From: Centroscyllium fabricii
Taxonomy: Eukaryota
Assembly (NCBI GenBank): GCA_051313645.2
Contig: JBNRSN020000012.1
Location: forward strand, 54,746,001-54,810,000
DNA length: 64,000 nucleotides
Direction: 5' to 3'
The translations under genes were made by a program, and so were the position numbers. Positions 23,901-38,900 of the stretch are shown here, one piece after another. The notes beneath the pieces are model-generated. The model saw nothing but the letters and a program-made list of their open reading frames with translations, was not told the origin of the DNA and did not search any database. The number at the start of each line of letters is the position of its first letter. Positions within the stretch are counted from its first letter, which is position 1.

Positions 23901-26900
23901 ATGATGTGTTCCTTTGATATTTACTCTGAGCGTTTCCATGATCTCAATTTTGAGCATTATGCACTAAATTGCGAGTGTGTTATTACTGGAGTTTTTTGTT
24001 TTCCAAAGTTTACCATTACAGAGAATTGTTCCCTTCTATGATCTTGGATTTCTAGGTTGCAATAGATTATACCTGTTGATGCTGGTGATGTTGCTGTGGA
24101 TGAGATCAGAGCTGTTGTTGCTTCTGTTGAAGTGCTTCCTTCTGAGGTTCCAGATGATGTTGAAGCTGATAATATGTACAGAAATGTCAGAAAAACAGGG
24201 CAAAGCTCTTCCAGGTACCATCATAATTAGTGCAAGCTGACCAACAAAGCTAATGAGCTGAAGTCAAAAACATTTACAACAGTTGTGCTTGCAAGAAAAA
24301 TTATTATGCAGTTGTGTAATTTGGAACTGAAGCGAATAAGATGCTTATATTTTCCCACTGAAGGAGCCTCCATGATATATAACATCAAATATTAACATTA
24401 ATTAAACTTTGAGTTTCTGGTCAGAGATATCTGTTTTTAGACTAGTTATATCCATGATTACAGAGAATAAAAATGTGGCTGCATTAGTATGTTTATGGAT
24501 TGTATGAGCATAACATTTGGAGCCAAGAAGTGACTGTATATGTTGTGCCAAGAAGTACAGAGACATCTGAGGCTGCTGACTTTGAAACCGTTCTAGGAGA
24601 TAAAGGAAGGAAATTGGAATGTTTGATACCTCTTGAAGGAATCAAAGATGTTGATGGTTCTGCTGCTGTGTTTAATAGTGATGGCTCAATTGGTGATATG
24701 GCAGTAGAAATGTAAGAGTATTTACAGTCATGGAACTGTGAAGGCATAAAAGTCTATACACATTTGAGCAAATTTGTTTATTCTGGTTCAAATCCCTCCA
24801 TGACCTCGGCCCTCCCCATCTCTGTAATCACCTCAGGCCCATCAACCCTCCAAGATATCTGCACTCCTCCAATTCTGGCCTATTGACAATCTCTGATTTC
24901 AATCACTCCACCATTGGCTGTTGTGCCTTCAGCTGCCATGGCCGTGAGCTCTGGAACTCTCTTACTAAATCTCACTGCCTCGCTAACATCACTTTGCCCC
25001 TTTAAGACGCTCCTCAAAACCTACATCTTTGACTAACTATCTGGCCAAATATATTAATATCACCTTATGTGGCTCGGTGTCAAATTTTGTTTGATAATGC
25101 TCCAGTGGAACGTCTTGTTATTCTTTACTATGTTAAAGGGGGTATATAAATACAATCTTTTGTTGTTTTTCTTGTCAAGGTAAGACTATTGTCTGTTGCT
25201 TGATTGAAAAATGATTTATCAGTGTGATAGTTGAACGTTAAAAATTGGGATAGCATTGTGGATACCTGTTGTTTCAATTGCAGAGGCTAAAGTGGTTGAA
25301 GTGAATACACAACTGGTGCTTTAGCAGTAGAAATGTAACATTATTAACAGACATGGAACTGTGAAGGCACAAATGGCATTTACACTTAAATAAAAATTGT
25401 TTACAATGGTCAAGGTAAGACTGGTGTCTATTGCTTGATTGAAAAATGATTTATCAGCGGGATGGTTGAACATTGACAAATGAGATTGCATTGTGGATAC
25501 CTGTTGTTTCACTTGTTGAGGCTAAAGTGGTTGTAGAAGCTGTAACAGTTGTAGATGGTTCTGTTGATGTGCTTTGTTCTGATATTGGAGATGATGATGA
25601 TGTAGCTGTTGATGTTAAAAGAAATATCAGTGAAAGAAAGCAATGCTCCTGCTGATTGCAGCATAAATCACGTAATTTGAGAAAGGTAAGTTTAGTGAAA
25701 TAAATTAAATACATGATCAACATGAAAATGATTTGTTCCTTTGATATTTATTCTGAGAGTTTCCATGATCTCAATTTTGAGCACTATGCATTAAATTGTG
25801 AGTGGGTTATTACTGGAGTTTTTTGTTTTCCAAAGTTTACCACTACAGAGATTATCAATTTCGCTGGTATGTTGTCATTATAAATTTTTCAAGGCACCAG
25901 CTCTGGACAGCCGCAGTGGCATTTAGATTAATGACAGAAAGTATTATCAACATCAGTAATTGTTCCATTCTATGATCTTGGATTTCTAGGTTGCAATAGA
26001 TTATACCTGTTGATGCTGGTGATGTTGATGTGGATGAGATCAGAGCTGTCGTTGCTTCTGTTGAAGTGCTTCCTTCTGAGGTTCCAGATGATGTTGAAGC
26101 TGCTAATATGTACAGAAATGTCAGAAAAACTGGGCAAAGCTCTTCCAGGTACCATCAAAATTAGTGCAAACTGACCAACAAAGCGAATGAGCTGAAGTCA
26201 AAAATGTTTACAACAGTTGTGCTTGCAAGGAAAATTATTATGCAGTTGTGTAATTTGGAACTGAAGCGAATGAGATGCTTATATTTTCCCACTGAAGGAG
26301 CCTCCATGATATATAACATGAAATATGAACATTAATTAAACTTTGAGTTTCTTGTCAGAGATATCAGTTTTTAGACTAGTTACATCCATAATTACAGAGA
26401 ATAAGACATGCAGGTTAGGTGAATTGGAGATACTAAAAATTGCCCATGGGTGTGTGTGTGTGTGAGATATAGTTCTTAGAGTTTGGGGGTGTCGGGGGAT
26501 ATGGGGAGAGGGTAGGAGGGGGGTGCTGGGTTTGGATGATCAGCTATGATCTCATCAAAAATGGTGAAGCAGGCTAGAAGGGCCGACTGGTCTACTCCTG
26601 CTCCTATCTTCTGTGTTTCTGTGTTGCTACATAAGAATGTTGCTGCATTAGTATGTTTATGGATTGTACTAGGCATAATATTTGGAGCCAAGAAGTGACT
26701 GTGTTTGTTGTGACAAGAAGAACAGTGACATTTGAGGCTGCTGACTATGAAACTGTTCTAGGAGATAAGGGAAGGAAATTGGAACGTTTGATACCTCTCG
26801 AAGGAATCAAAGATGTTGATGGTTCTGCTGCTGTGTTTAATAGTGATGGCTCAATTGGTGATATGGCAGTAGAAATGTAAGGATATTTACAGCCATGGAA

Positions 26901-29900
26901 CTGTGATGACACAAAAGTCTTTTACTCTTTTGAGCAAATTTGTTTATATTGGTTCAAATCCCTCCATGGCCTCGGCCCTCCCCATCTCTTTAATCTCCTC
27001 GAGTCCATCAACCCTCCAAGATATCTGCACTCCTCGAATTCTGGTCTATTGACAATCCCTGATTTTAATCGCTCTAGCTGTTGTGCCTTCAGCTGCCATG
27101 GCCCTAAGCTCTGGAACACTCTTCCTAAATCTCACTGCCTCTCTAACATCACTTTCCCCTTTTAAGCCGTCCCTTAAAATCTACGTCTTTGACTAACTAT
27201 CTGGCCAAATATATTAATATCACCTTATGTGGCTCGGTGTCAAATTTTGTTTGATAATGCTCTCGTGGAACGCCTTGTTATTCTTTGCTATGTTAATGGG
27301 GGTATATAAATACAATCTTTTGTTGTTTTTCTTGTCATGGTAAAACTATTGTCTGTTGCATGATTGAAAAATGATTTATCAGTGGGATAGTTGAAAGTTG
27401 AAAATTTGGATAGCATTGTGGATACCTGTTGTTTCAATTGTGGAGGCTAAGGTGGTTGAAGTGAATACTCAACTGGTGCTTTAGCAGTAGAAATGTAACA
27501 TTATTAACAGACATGGAACTGTGAAGGTACAAATGGCATTTACACTTTTGAAAAAGTTGTTTACAATGGTCAAGGTAAGACTAGTGTCTATTGCTTGATT
27601 GAAAAATGATTTATCAGCGGGATGGTTGGACATTGACAATTGAGATTGCATTGTGGATACCTGTTGTTTCACTTGTTGAGGCTAAAGAGGTTGAAGAAGC
27701 GGTTACAGTTGTAGATGGTTCTGTTGATGTGCTTTGTTCTGATGTTGAAGTTGATGATGATGTAGCTGTTGATGTCAAAAGAAATGTCAGTGAAAGAAAG
27801 CAATGCTCCTGCTGATTGCAGCATAAATCACGTCAAATGAGAAAGGTAAGTTTAGTGAAACTAATTAAAAACATGATCAACATGAAAATGATGTGTTCCC
27901 TTGATATTTACTCTGAGCGTTTCCATGATCTCAATTTTGAGCATTATGCACTAAATTGCGAGTGTGTTATTACTGGAGTTTTTTGTTTTCCAAAGTTTAC
28001 CATTACAGAGAATTGTTCCCTTCTATGATCTTGTATTTCTAGGTTGCAATAGATTATACCTGTTGATGCTGGTGATGTTGCTGTGGATGAGATCAGAGCT
28101 GTTGTTGCTTCTGTTGAAGTGCTTCCTTCTGAGGTTCCAGATGATGTCGAAGCTGTTAATATGTACAGAAATGTTGTGAAAAACTGGGCAAAGGTCTTCC
28201 AAGTACCATCATAATTAGTGCTAATGAGCTGAAGTCAAAAACGTTTACAACAGTTGTACTTGCAAGAAAAATTATTATGCATTTGTGTAATTTGGAACTG
28301 AAGCGAATGAGATGCTTATATTTTCCCACTGAAGGAGCCTCCATGATATATAACATCAAATATTAACATGAATTAAATTTTGAGTTTCTTGTCAGAGATA
28401 TCTGTTTTTAGACTAATTATATCCATGATTACAGAAATAAGAATGTGGCTGCATTAGTATGTTTATGGATTGTATGATCATAATATTTGGAGCCAAGTAG
28501 TGACTGTTTGTTGTGCCAAGAAGTACAGTGACATCTGAGGCTGCTGACTTTGAAACCGTTCCAGGAGATAAGGGAAGGAAATTGGAATGTTTGATACCTC
28601 TTGCAGGAATCAAAGATGTTGATGGTTCTGCTGCTGTGTTTAATAGTGATGGCTCAATTGGTGATATGGCAGTAGAAATGTAAGAGTATTTACAGTCATG
28701 GAACTGTGAAGGCACAAATGGCATTTCCACTTAAAAAAAAATTGTTTACAATGATCAAGGTAAGACTGGTGTCTATTGCTTGATTGAAAAATGATTTATC
28801 AGCGGGATGGTTGAACATTGACAATTGAGATTGCATTGTGGATACCTGTTGTTTCACTTGTTGAGGCTAAAGTGGTTGAAGAAGCGGTTACAGTTGTAGA
28901 TGGTGCTGTTGATGTGCTTTGTTCTGATGTTGAAGATGATGATGATGTAGCTGTTGATGTCAAAAGAAATGTCAGTGAAAGAAAGCAATGCTCCTGCTGA
29001 TTGCAGCATAAATCATGTCAAATGAGAAAGGTAAGTTTAGTGAAACTAATTAAAAACATGATCAACATGAAAATGATGTGTTCCTTTGATATTTACTCTG
29101 AGCGTTTCCATGATCTCAATTTTGAGCATTATGCACTAAATTGCGAGTGTGTTATTACTGGAGTGTTTTGTTTTCCAAAGTTTACCATTACAGAGAATTG
29201 TTCCCTTCTATGATCTTGGATTTCTAGGTTGCAATAGATTATACCTGTTGATGCTGGTGATGTTGCTGTGGATGAGATCAGAGCTGTTGTTGCTTCTGTT
29301 GAAGTGCTTCCTTCTGAGGTTCCAGATGATGTTGAAGCTGATAATATGTACAGAAATGTCAGAAAAACAGGGCAAAGCTCTTCCAGGTACCATCATAATT
29401 AGTGCAAGCTGACCAACAAAGCTAATGAGCTGAAGTCAAAAACATTTACAACAGTTGTGCTTGCAAGAAAAATTATTATGCAGTTGTGTAATTTGGAACT
29501 GAAGCGAATAAGATGCTTATATTTTCCCACTGAAGGAGCCTCCATGATATATAACATCAAATATTAACATTAATTAAACTTTGAGTTTCTGGTCAGAGAT
29601 ATCTGTTTTTAGACTAGTTATATCCATGATTACAGAGAATAAGAATGTGGCTGCATTAGTATGTTTATGGATTGTATGAGCATAAAATTTGGAGCCAAGA
29701 AGTGACTGTATATGTTGTGCCAAGAAGTACAGAGACATCTGAGGCTGCTGACTTTGAAACCGTTCTAGGAGATAAAGGAAGGAAATTGGAATGTTTGATA
29801 CCTCTTGAAGGAATCAAAGATGTTGATGGTTCTGCTGCTGTGTTTAATAGTGATGGCTCAATTGGTGATATGGCAGTAGAAATGTAAGAGTATTTACAGT

Positions 29901-32900
29901 CATGGAACTGTGAAGGCATAAAAGTCTATACACATTTGAGCAAATTTGTTTATTCTGGTTCAAATCCCTCCATGACCTCGGCCCTCCCCATCTCTGTAAT
30001 CACCTCAGGCCCATCAACCCTCCAAGATATCTGCACTCCTCCAATTCTGGCCTATTGACAATCTCTGATTTCAATCACTCCACCATTGGCTGTTGTGCCT
30101 TCAGCTGCCATGGCCGTGAGCTCTGGAACTCTCTTACTAAATCTCACTGCCTCGCTAACATCACTTTGCCCCTTTAAGACGCTCCTCAAAACCTACATCT
30201 TTGACTAACTATCTGGCCAAATATATTAATATCACCTTATGTGGCTCGGTGTCAAATTTTGTTTGATAATGCTCCAGTGGAACGTCTTGTTATTCTTTAC
30301 TATGTTAAAGGGGGTATATAAATACAATCTTTTGTTGTTTTTCTTGTCAAGGTAAGACTATTGTCTGTTGCTTGATTGAAAAATGATTTATCAGTGTGAT
30401 AGTTGAACGTTAAAAATTGGGATAGCATTGTGGATACCTGTTGTTTCAATTGCAGAGGCTAAAGTGGTTGAAGTGAATACACAACTGGTGCTTTAGCAGT
30501 AGAAATGTAACATTATTAACAGACATGGAACTGTGAAGGCACAAATGGCATTTACACTTAAATAAAAATTGTTTACAATGGTCAAGGTAAGACTGGTGTC
30601 TATTGCTTGATTGAAAAATGATTTATCAGCGGGATGGTTGAACATTGACAAATGAGATTGCATTGTGGATACCTGTTGTTTCACTTGTTGAGGCTAAAGT
30701 GGTTGTAGAAGCTGTAACAGTTGTAGATGGTTCTGTTGATGTGCTTTGTTCTGATATTGGAGATGATGATGATGTAGCTGTTGATGTTAAAAGAAATATC
30801 AGTGAAAGAAAGCAATGCTCCTGCTGATTGCAGCATAAATCACGTAATTTGAGAAAGGTAAGTTTAGTGAAATAAATTAAATACATGATCAACATGAAAA
30901 TGATTTGTTCCTTTGATATTTATTCTGAGAGTTTCCATGATCTCAATTTTGAGCACTATGCATTAAATTGTGAGTGGGTTATTACTGGAGTTTTTTGTTT
31001 TCCAAAGTTTACCACTACAGAGATTATCAATTTCGCTGGTATGTTGTCATTATAAATTTTTCAAGGCACCAGCTCTGGACAGCCGCAGTGGCATTTAGAT
31101 TAATGACAGAAAGTATTATCAACATCAGTAATTGTTCCATTCTATGATCTTGGATTTCTAGGTTGCAATAGATTATACCTGTTGATGCTGGTGATGTTGA
31201 TGTGGATGAGATCAGAGCTGTCGTTGCTTCTGTTGAAGTGCTTCCTTCTGAGGTTCCAGATGATGTTGAAGCTGCTAATATGTACAGAAATGTCAGAAAA
31301 ACTGGGCAAAGCTCTTCCAGGTACCATCAAAATTAGTGCAAACTGACCAACAAAGCGAATGAGCTGAAGTCAAAAATGTTTACAACAGTTGTGCTTGCAA
31401 GGAAAATTATTATGCAGTTGTGTAATTTGGAACTGAAGCGAATGAGATGCTTATATTTTCCCACTGAAGGAGCCTCCATGATATATAACATGAAATATGA
31501 ACATTAATTAAACTTTGAGTTTCTTGTCAGAGATATCAGTTTTTAGACTAGTTACATCCATAATTACAGAGAATAAGACATGCAGGTTAGGTGAATTGGA
31601 GATACTAAAAATTGCCCATGGGTGTGTGTGTGTGTGAGATATAGTTCTTAGAGTTTGGGGGTGTCGGGGGATATGGGGAGAGGGTAGGAGGGGGGTGCTG
31701 GGTTTGGATGATCAGCTATGATCTCATCAAAAATGGTGAAGCAGGCTAGAAGGGCCGACTGGTCTACTCCTGCTCCTATCTTCTGTGTTTCTGTGTTGCT
31801 ACATAAGAATGTTGCTGCATTAGTATGTTTATGGATTGTACTAGGCATAATATTTGGAGCCAAGAAGTGACTGTGTTTGTTGTGACAAGAAGTACAGTGA
31901 CATCTGAGGCTGCTGACTATGAAACTGTTCTAGGAGATAAGGGAAGGAAATTGGAATGTTTGATACCTCTCGAAGGAATCAAAGATGTTGATGGTTCTGC
32001 TGCTGTGTTTAATAGTGATGGCTCAATTGGTGATATGGCAGTAGAAATGTAAGGATATTTACAGCCATGGAACTGTGATGACACAAAAGTCTTTTACTCT
32101 TTTGAGCAAATTTCTTTATATTGGTTCAAATCCCTCCATGGCCTCGGCCCTCCCCATCTCTTTAATCTCCTCGAGTCCATCAACCCTCCAAGATATCTGC
32201 ACTCCTCGAATTCTGGTCTATTGACAATCCCTGATTTTAATCGCTCTAGCTGTTGTGCCTTCAGCTGCCATGGCCCTAAGCTCTGGAACACTCTTCCTAA
32301 ATCTCACTGCCTCTCTAACATCACTTTCCCCTTTTAAGCCGTCCCTTAAAATCTACGTCTTTGACTAACTATCTGGCCAAATATATTAATATCACCTTAT
32401 GTGGCTCGGTGTCAAATTTTGTTTGATAATGCTCTCGTGGAACGCCTTGTTATTCTTTGCTATGTTAATGGGGGTATATAAATACAATCTTTTGTTGTTT
32501 TTCTTGTCATGGTAAAACTATTGTCTGTTGCATGATTGAAAAATGATTTATCAGTGGGATAGTTGAAAGTTGAAAATTTGGATAGCATTGTGGATACCTG
32601 TTGTTTCAATTGTGGAGGCTAAGGTGGTTGAAGAGAATACTCAACTGGTGCTTTAGCAGTAGAAATGTAACATTATTAACAGACATGGAACTGTGAAGGT
32701 ACAAATGGCATTTACACTTTTGAAAAAGTTGTTTACAATGGTCAAGGTAAGACTAGTGTCTATTGCTTGATTGAAAAATGATTTATCAGCGGGATGGTTG
32801 GACATTGACAATTGAGATTGCATTGTGGATACCTGTTGTTTCACTTGTTGAGGCTAAAGAGGTTGAAGAAGCGGTTACAGTTGTAGATGGTTCTGTTGAT

Positions 32901-35900
32901 GTGCTTTGTTCTGATGTTGAAGTTGATGATGATGTAGCTGTTGATGTCAAAAGAAATGTCAGTGAAAGAAAGCAATGCTCCTGCTGATTGCAGCATAAAT
33001 CACGTCAAATGAGAAAGGTAAGTTTAGTGAAACTAATTAAAAACATGATCAACATGAAAATGATGTGTTCCTTTGATATTTACTCTGAGCGTTTCCATGA
33101 TCTCAATTTTGAGCATTATGCACTAAATTGCGAGTGTGTTATTACTGGAGTTTTTTGTTTTCCAAAGTTTACCATTACAGAGAATTCTTCCCTTCTATGA
33201 TCTTGTATTTCTAGGTTGCAATAGATTATACCTGTTGATGCTGGTGATGTTGCTGTGGATGAGATCAGAGCTGTTGTTGCTTCTGTTGAAGTGCTTCCTT
33301 CTGAGGTTCCAGATGATGTCGAAGCTGTTAATATGTACAGAAATGTTGTGAAAAACTGGGCAAAGGTCTTCCAAGTACCATCATAATTAGTGCTAATGAG
33401 CTGAAGTCAAAAACGTTTACAACAGTTGTACTTGCAAGAAAAATTATTATGCATTTGTGTAATTTGGAACTGAAGCGAATGAGATGCTTATATTTTCCCA
33501 CTGAAGGAGCCTCCATGATATATAACATCAAATATTAACATGAATTAAACTTTGAGTTTCTTGTCAGAGATATCTGTTTTTAGACTAATTATATCCATGA
33601 TTACAGAAATAAGAATGTGGCTGCATTAGTATGTTTATGGATTCTATGATCATAAAATTTGGAGCCAAGTAGTGACTGTTTGTTGTGCCAAGAAGTACAG
33701 AGACATCTGAGGCTGCTGACTTTGAAACCGTTCCAGGAGATAAGGGAAGGAAATTGGAATGTTTGATACCTCTTGCAGGAATCAAAGATGTTGATGGTTC
33801 TGCTGCTGTGTTTAATAGTGATGGCTCAATTGGTGATATGGCAGTAGAAATGTAAGAGTATTTACAGTCATGGAACTGTGAAGGCACAAATGGCATTTCC
33901 ACTTAAAAAAAAATTGTTTACAATGATCAAGGTAAGACTGGTGTCTATTGCTTGATTGAAAAATGATTTATCAGCGGGATGGTTGAACATTGACAATTGA
34001 GATTGCATTGTGGATACCTGTTGTTTCACTTGTTGAGGCTAAAGTGGTTGAAGAAGCGGTTACAGTTGTAGATGGTGCTGTTGATGTGCTTTGTTCTGAT
34101 GTTGAAGATGATGATGATGTAGCTGTTGATGTCAAAAGAAATGTCAGTGAAAGAAAGCAATGCTCCTGCTGATTGCAGCATAAATCATGTCAAATGAGAA
34201 AGGTAAGTTTAGTGAAACTAATTAAAAACATGATCAACATGAAAATGATGTGTTCCTTTGATATTTACTCTGAGCGTTTCCATGATCTCAATTTTGAGCA
34301 TTATGCACTAAATTGCGAGTGTGTTATTACTGGAGTTTTTTGTTTTCCAAAGTTTACCATTACAGAGAATTGTTCCCTTCTATGATCTTGGATTTCTAGG
34401 TTGCAATAGATTATACCTGTTGATGCTGGTGATGTTGCTGTGGATGAGATCAGAGCTGTTGTTGCTTCTGTTGAAGTGCTTCCTTCTGAGGTTCCAGATG
34501 ATGTTGAAGCTGATAATATGTACAGAAATGTCAGAAAAACAGGGCAAAGCTCTTCCAGGTACCATCATAATTAGTGCAAGCTGACCAACAAAGCTAATGA
34601 GCTGAAGTCAAAAACATTTACAACAGTTGTGCTTGCAAGAAAAATTATTATGCAGTTGTGTAATTTGGAACTGAAGCGAATAAGATGCTTATATTTTCCC
34701 ACTGAAGGAGCCTCCATGATATATAACATCAAATATTAACATTAATTAAACTTTGAGTTTCTGGTCAGAGATATCTGTTTTTAGACTAGTTATATCCATG
34801 ATTACAGAGAATAAGAATGTGGCTGCATTAGTATGTTTATGGATTGTATGAGCATAAAATTTGGAGCCAAGAAGTGACTGTATATGTTGTGCCAAGAAGT
34901 ACAGAGACGTCTGAGGCTGCTGACTTTGAAACCGTTCTAGGAGATAAAGGAAGGAAATTGGAATGTTTGATACCTCTTGAAGGAATCAAAGATGTTGATG
35001 GTTCTGCTGCTGTGTTTAATAGTGATGGCTCAATTGGTGATATGGCAGTAGAAATGTAAGAGTATTTACAGTCATGGAACTGTGAAGGCATAAAAGTCTA
35101 TACACATTTGAGCAAATTTGTTTATTCTGGTTCAAATCCCTCCATGACCTCGGCCCTCCCCATCTCTGTAATCACCTCAGGCCCATCAACCCTCCAAGAT
35201 ATCTGCACTCCTCCAATTCTGGCCTATTGACAATCTCTGATTTCAATCACTCCACCATTGGCTGTTGTGCCTTCAGCTGCCATGGCCGTGAGCTCTGGAA
35301 CTCTCTTACTAAATCTCACTGCCTCGCTAACATCACTTTGCCCCTTTAAGACGCTCCTCAAAACCTACATCTTTGACTAACTATCTGGCCAAATATATTA
35401 ATATCACCTTATGTGGCTCGGTGTCAAATTTTGTTTGATAATGCTCCAGTGGAACGTCTTGTTATTCTTTACTATGTTAAAGGGGGTATATAAATACAAT
35501 CTTTTGTTGTTTTTCTTGTCAAGGTAAGACTATTGTCTGTTGCTTGATTGAAAAATGATTTATCAGTGTGATAGTTGAACGTTAAAAATTGGGATAGCAT
35601 TGTGGATACCTGTTGTTTCAATTGCAGAGGCTAAAGTGGTTGAAGTGAATACACAACTGGTGTTTTAGCAGTAGAAATGTAACATTATTAACAGACATGG
35701 AACTGTGAAGGCACAAATGGCATTTACACTTAAATAAAAATTGTTTACAATGGTCAAGGTAAGACTGGTGTCTATTGCTTGATTGAAAAATGATTTATCA
35801 GCGGGATGGTTGAACATTGACAAATGAGATTGCATTGTGGATACCTGTTGTTTCACTTGTTGAGGCTAAAGTGGTTGTAGAAGCTGTAACAGTTGTAGAT

Positions 35901-38900
35901 GGTTCTGTTGATGTGCTTTGTTCTGATATTGGAGATGATGATGATGTAGCTGTTGATGTTAAAAGAAATATCAGTGAAAGAAAGCAATGCTCCTGCTGAT
36001 TGCAGCATAAATCACGTAATTTGAGAAAGGTAAGTTTAGTGAAATAAATTAAATACATGATCAACATGAAAATGATTTGTTCCTTTGATATTTATTCTGA
36101 GAGTTTCCATGATCTCAATTTTGAGCACTATGCATTAAATTGTGAGTGGGTTATTACTGGAGTTTTTTGTTTTCCAAAGTTTACCACTACAGAGATTATC
36201 AATTTCGCTGGTATGTTGTCATTATAAATTTTTCAAGGCACCAGCTCTGGACAGCCGCAGTGGCATTTAGATTAATGACAGAAAGTATTATCAACATCAG
36301 TAATTGTTCCATTCTATGATCTTGGATTTCTAGGTTGCAATAGATTATACCTGTTGATGCTGGTGATGTTGATGTGGATGAGATCAGAGCTGTCGTTGCT
36401 TCTGTTGAAGTGCTTCCTTCTGAGGTTCCAGATGATGTTGAAGCTGCTAATATGTACAGAAATGTCAGAAAAACTGGGCAAAGCTCTTCCAGGTACCATC
36501 AAAATTAGTGCAAACTGACCAACAAAGCGAATGAGCTGAAGTCAAAAATGTTTACAACAGTTGTGCTTGCAAGGAAAATTATTATGCAGTTGTGTAATTT
36601 GGAACTGAAGCGAATGAGATGCTTATATTTTCCCACTGAAGGAGCCTCCATGATATATAACATGAAATATGAACATTAATTAAACTTTGAGTTTCTTGTC
36701 AGAGATATCAGTTTTTAGACTAGTTACATCCATAATTACAGAGAATAAGACATGCAGGTTAGGTGAATTGGAGATACTAAAAATTGCCCATGGGTGTGTG
36801 TGTGTGTGAGATATAGTTCTTAGAGTTTGGGGGTGTCGGGGGATATGGGGAGAGGGTAGGAGGGGGGTGCTGGGTTTGGATGATCAGCTATGATCTCATC
36901 AAAAATGGTGAAGCAGGCTAGAAGGGCCGACTGGTCTACTCCTGCTCCTATCTTCTGTGTTTCTGTGTTGCTACATAAGAATGTTGCTGCATTAGTATGT
37001 TTATGGATTGTACTAGGCATAATATTTGGAGCCAAGAAGTGACTGTGTTTGTTGTGACAAGAAGTACAGTGACATCTGAGGCTGCTGACTATGAAACTGT
37101 TCTAGGAGATAAGGGAAGGAAATTGGAACGTTTGATACCTCTCGAAGGAATCAAAGATGTTGATGGTTCTGCTGCTGTGTTTAATAGTGATGGCTCAATT
37201 GGTGATATGGCAGTAGAAATGTAAGGATATTTACAGCCATGGAACTGTGATGACACAAAAGTCTTTTACTCTTTTGAGCAAATTTGTTTATATTGGTTCA
37301 AATCCCTCCATGGCCTCGGCCCTCCCCATCTCTTTAATCTCCTCGAGTCCATCAACCCTCCAAGATATCTGCACTCCTCGAATTCTGGTCTATTGACAAT
37401 CCCTGATTTTAATCGCTCTAGCTGTTGTGCCTTCAGCTGCCATGGCCCTAAGCTCTGGAACACTCTTCCTAAATCTCACTGCCTCTCTAACATCACTTTC
37501 CCCTTTTAAGCCGTCCCTTAAAATCTACGTCTTTGACTAACTATCTGGCCAAATATATTAATATCACCTTATGTGGCTCGGTGTCAAATTTTGTTTGATA
37601 ATGCTCTCGTGGAACGCCTTGTTATTCTTTGCTATGTTAATGGGGGTATATAAATACAATCTTTTGTTGTTTTTCTTGTCATGGTAAAACTATTGTCTGT
37701 TGCATGATTGAAAAATGATTTATCAGTGGGATAGTTGAAAGTTGAAAATTTGGATAGCATTGTGGATACCTGTTGTTTCAATTGTGGAGGCTAAGGTGGT
37801 TGAAGTGAATACTCAACTGGTGCTTTAGCAGTAGAAATGTAACATTATTAACAGACATGGAACTGTGAAGGTACAAATGGCATTTACACTTTTGAAAAAG
37901 TTGTTTACAATGGTCAAGGTAAGACTAGTGTCTATTGCTTGATTGAAAAATGATTTATCAGCGGGATGGTTGGACATTGACAATTGAGATTGCATTGTGG
38001 ATACCTGTTGTTTCACTTGTTGAGGCTAAAGAGGTTGAAGAAGCGGTTACAGTTGTAGATGGTTCTGTTGATGTGCTTTGTTCTGATGTTGAAGTTGATG
38101 ATGATGTAGCTGTTGATGTCAAAAGAAATGTCAGTGAAAGAAAGCAATGCTCCTGCTGATTGCAGCATAAATCACGTCAAATGAGAAAGGTAAGTTTAGT
38201 GAAACTAATTAAAAACATGATCAACATGAAAATGATGTGTTCCTTTGATATTTACTCTGAGCGTTTCCATGATCTCAATTTTGAGCATTATGCACTAAAT
38301 TGCGAGTGTGTTATTACTGGAGTTTTTTGTTTTCCAAAGTTTACCATTACAGAGAATTGTTCCCTTCTATGATCTTGTATTTCTAGGTTGCAATAGATTA
38401 TACCTGTTGATGCTGGTGATGTTGCTGTGGATGAGATCAGAGCTGTTGTTGCTTCTGTTGAAGTGCTTCCTTCTGAGGTTCCAGATGATGTCGAAGCTGT
38501 TAATATGTACAGAAATGTTGTGAAAAACTGGGCAAAGGTCTTCCAAGTACCATCATAATTAGTGCTAATGAGCTGAAGTCAAAAACGTTTACAACAGTTG
38601 TACTTGCAAGAAAAATTATTATGCATTTGTGTAATTTGGAACTGAAGCGAATGAGATGCTTATATTTTCCCACTGAAGGAGCCTCCATGATATATAACAT
38701 CAAATATTAACATGAATTAAACTTTGAGTTTCTTGTCAGAGATATCTGTTTTTAGACTAATTATATCCATGATTACAGAAATAAGAATGTGGCTGCATTA
38801 GTATGTTTATGGATTGTATGATCATAATATTTGGAGCCAAGTAGTGACTGTTTGTTGTGCCAAGAAGTACAGTGACATCTGAGGCTGCTGACTTTGAAAC

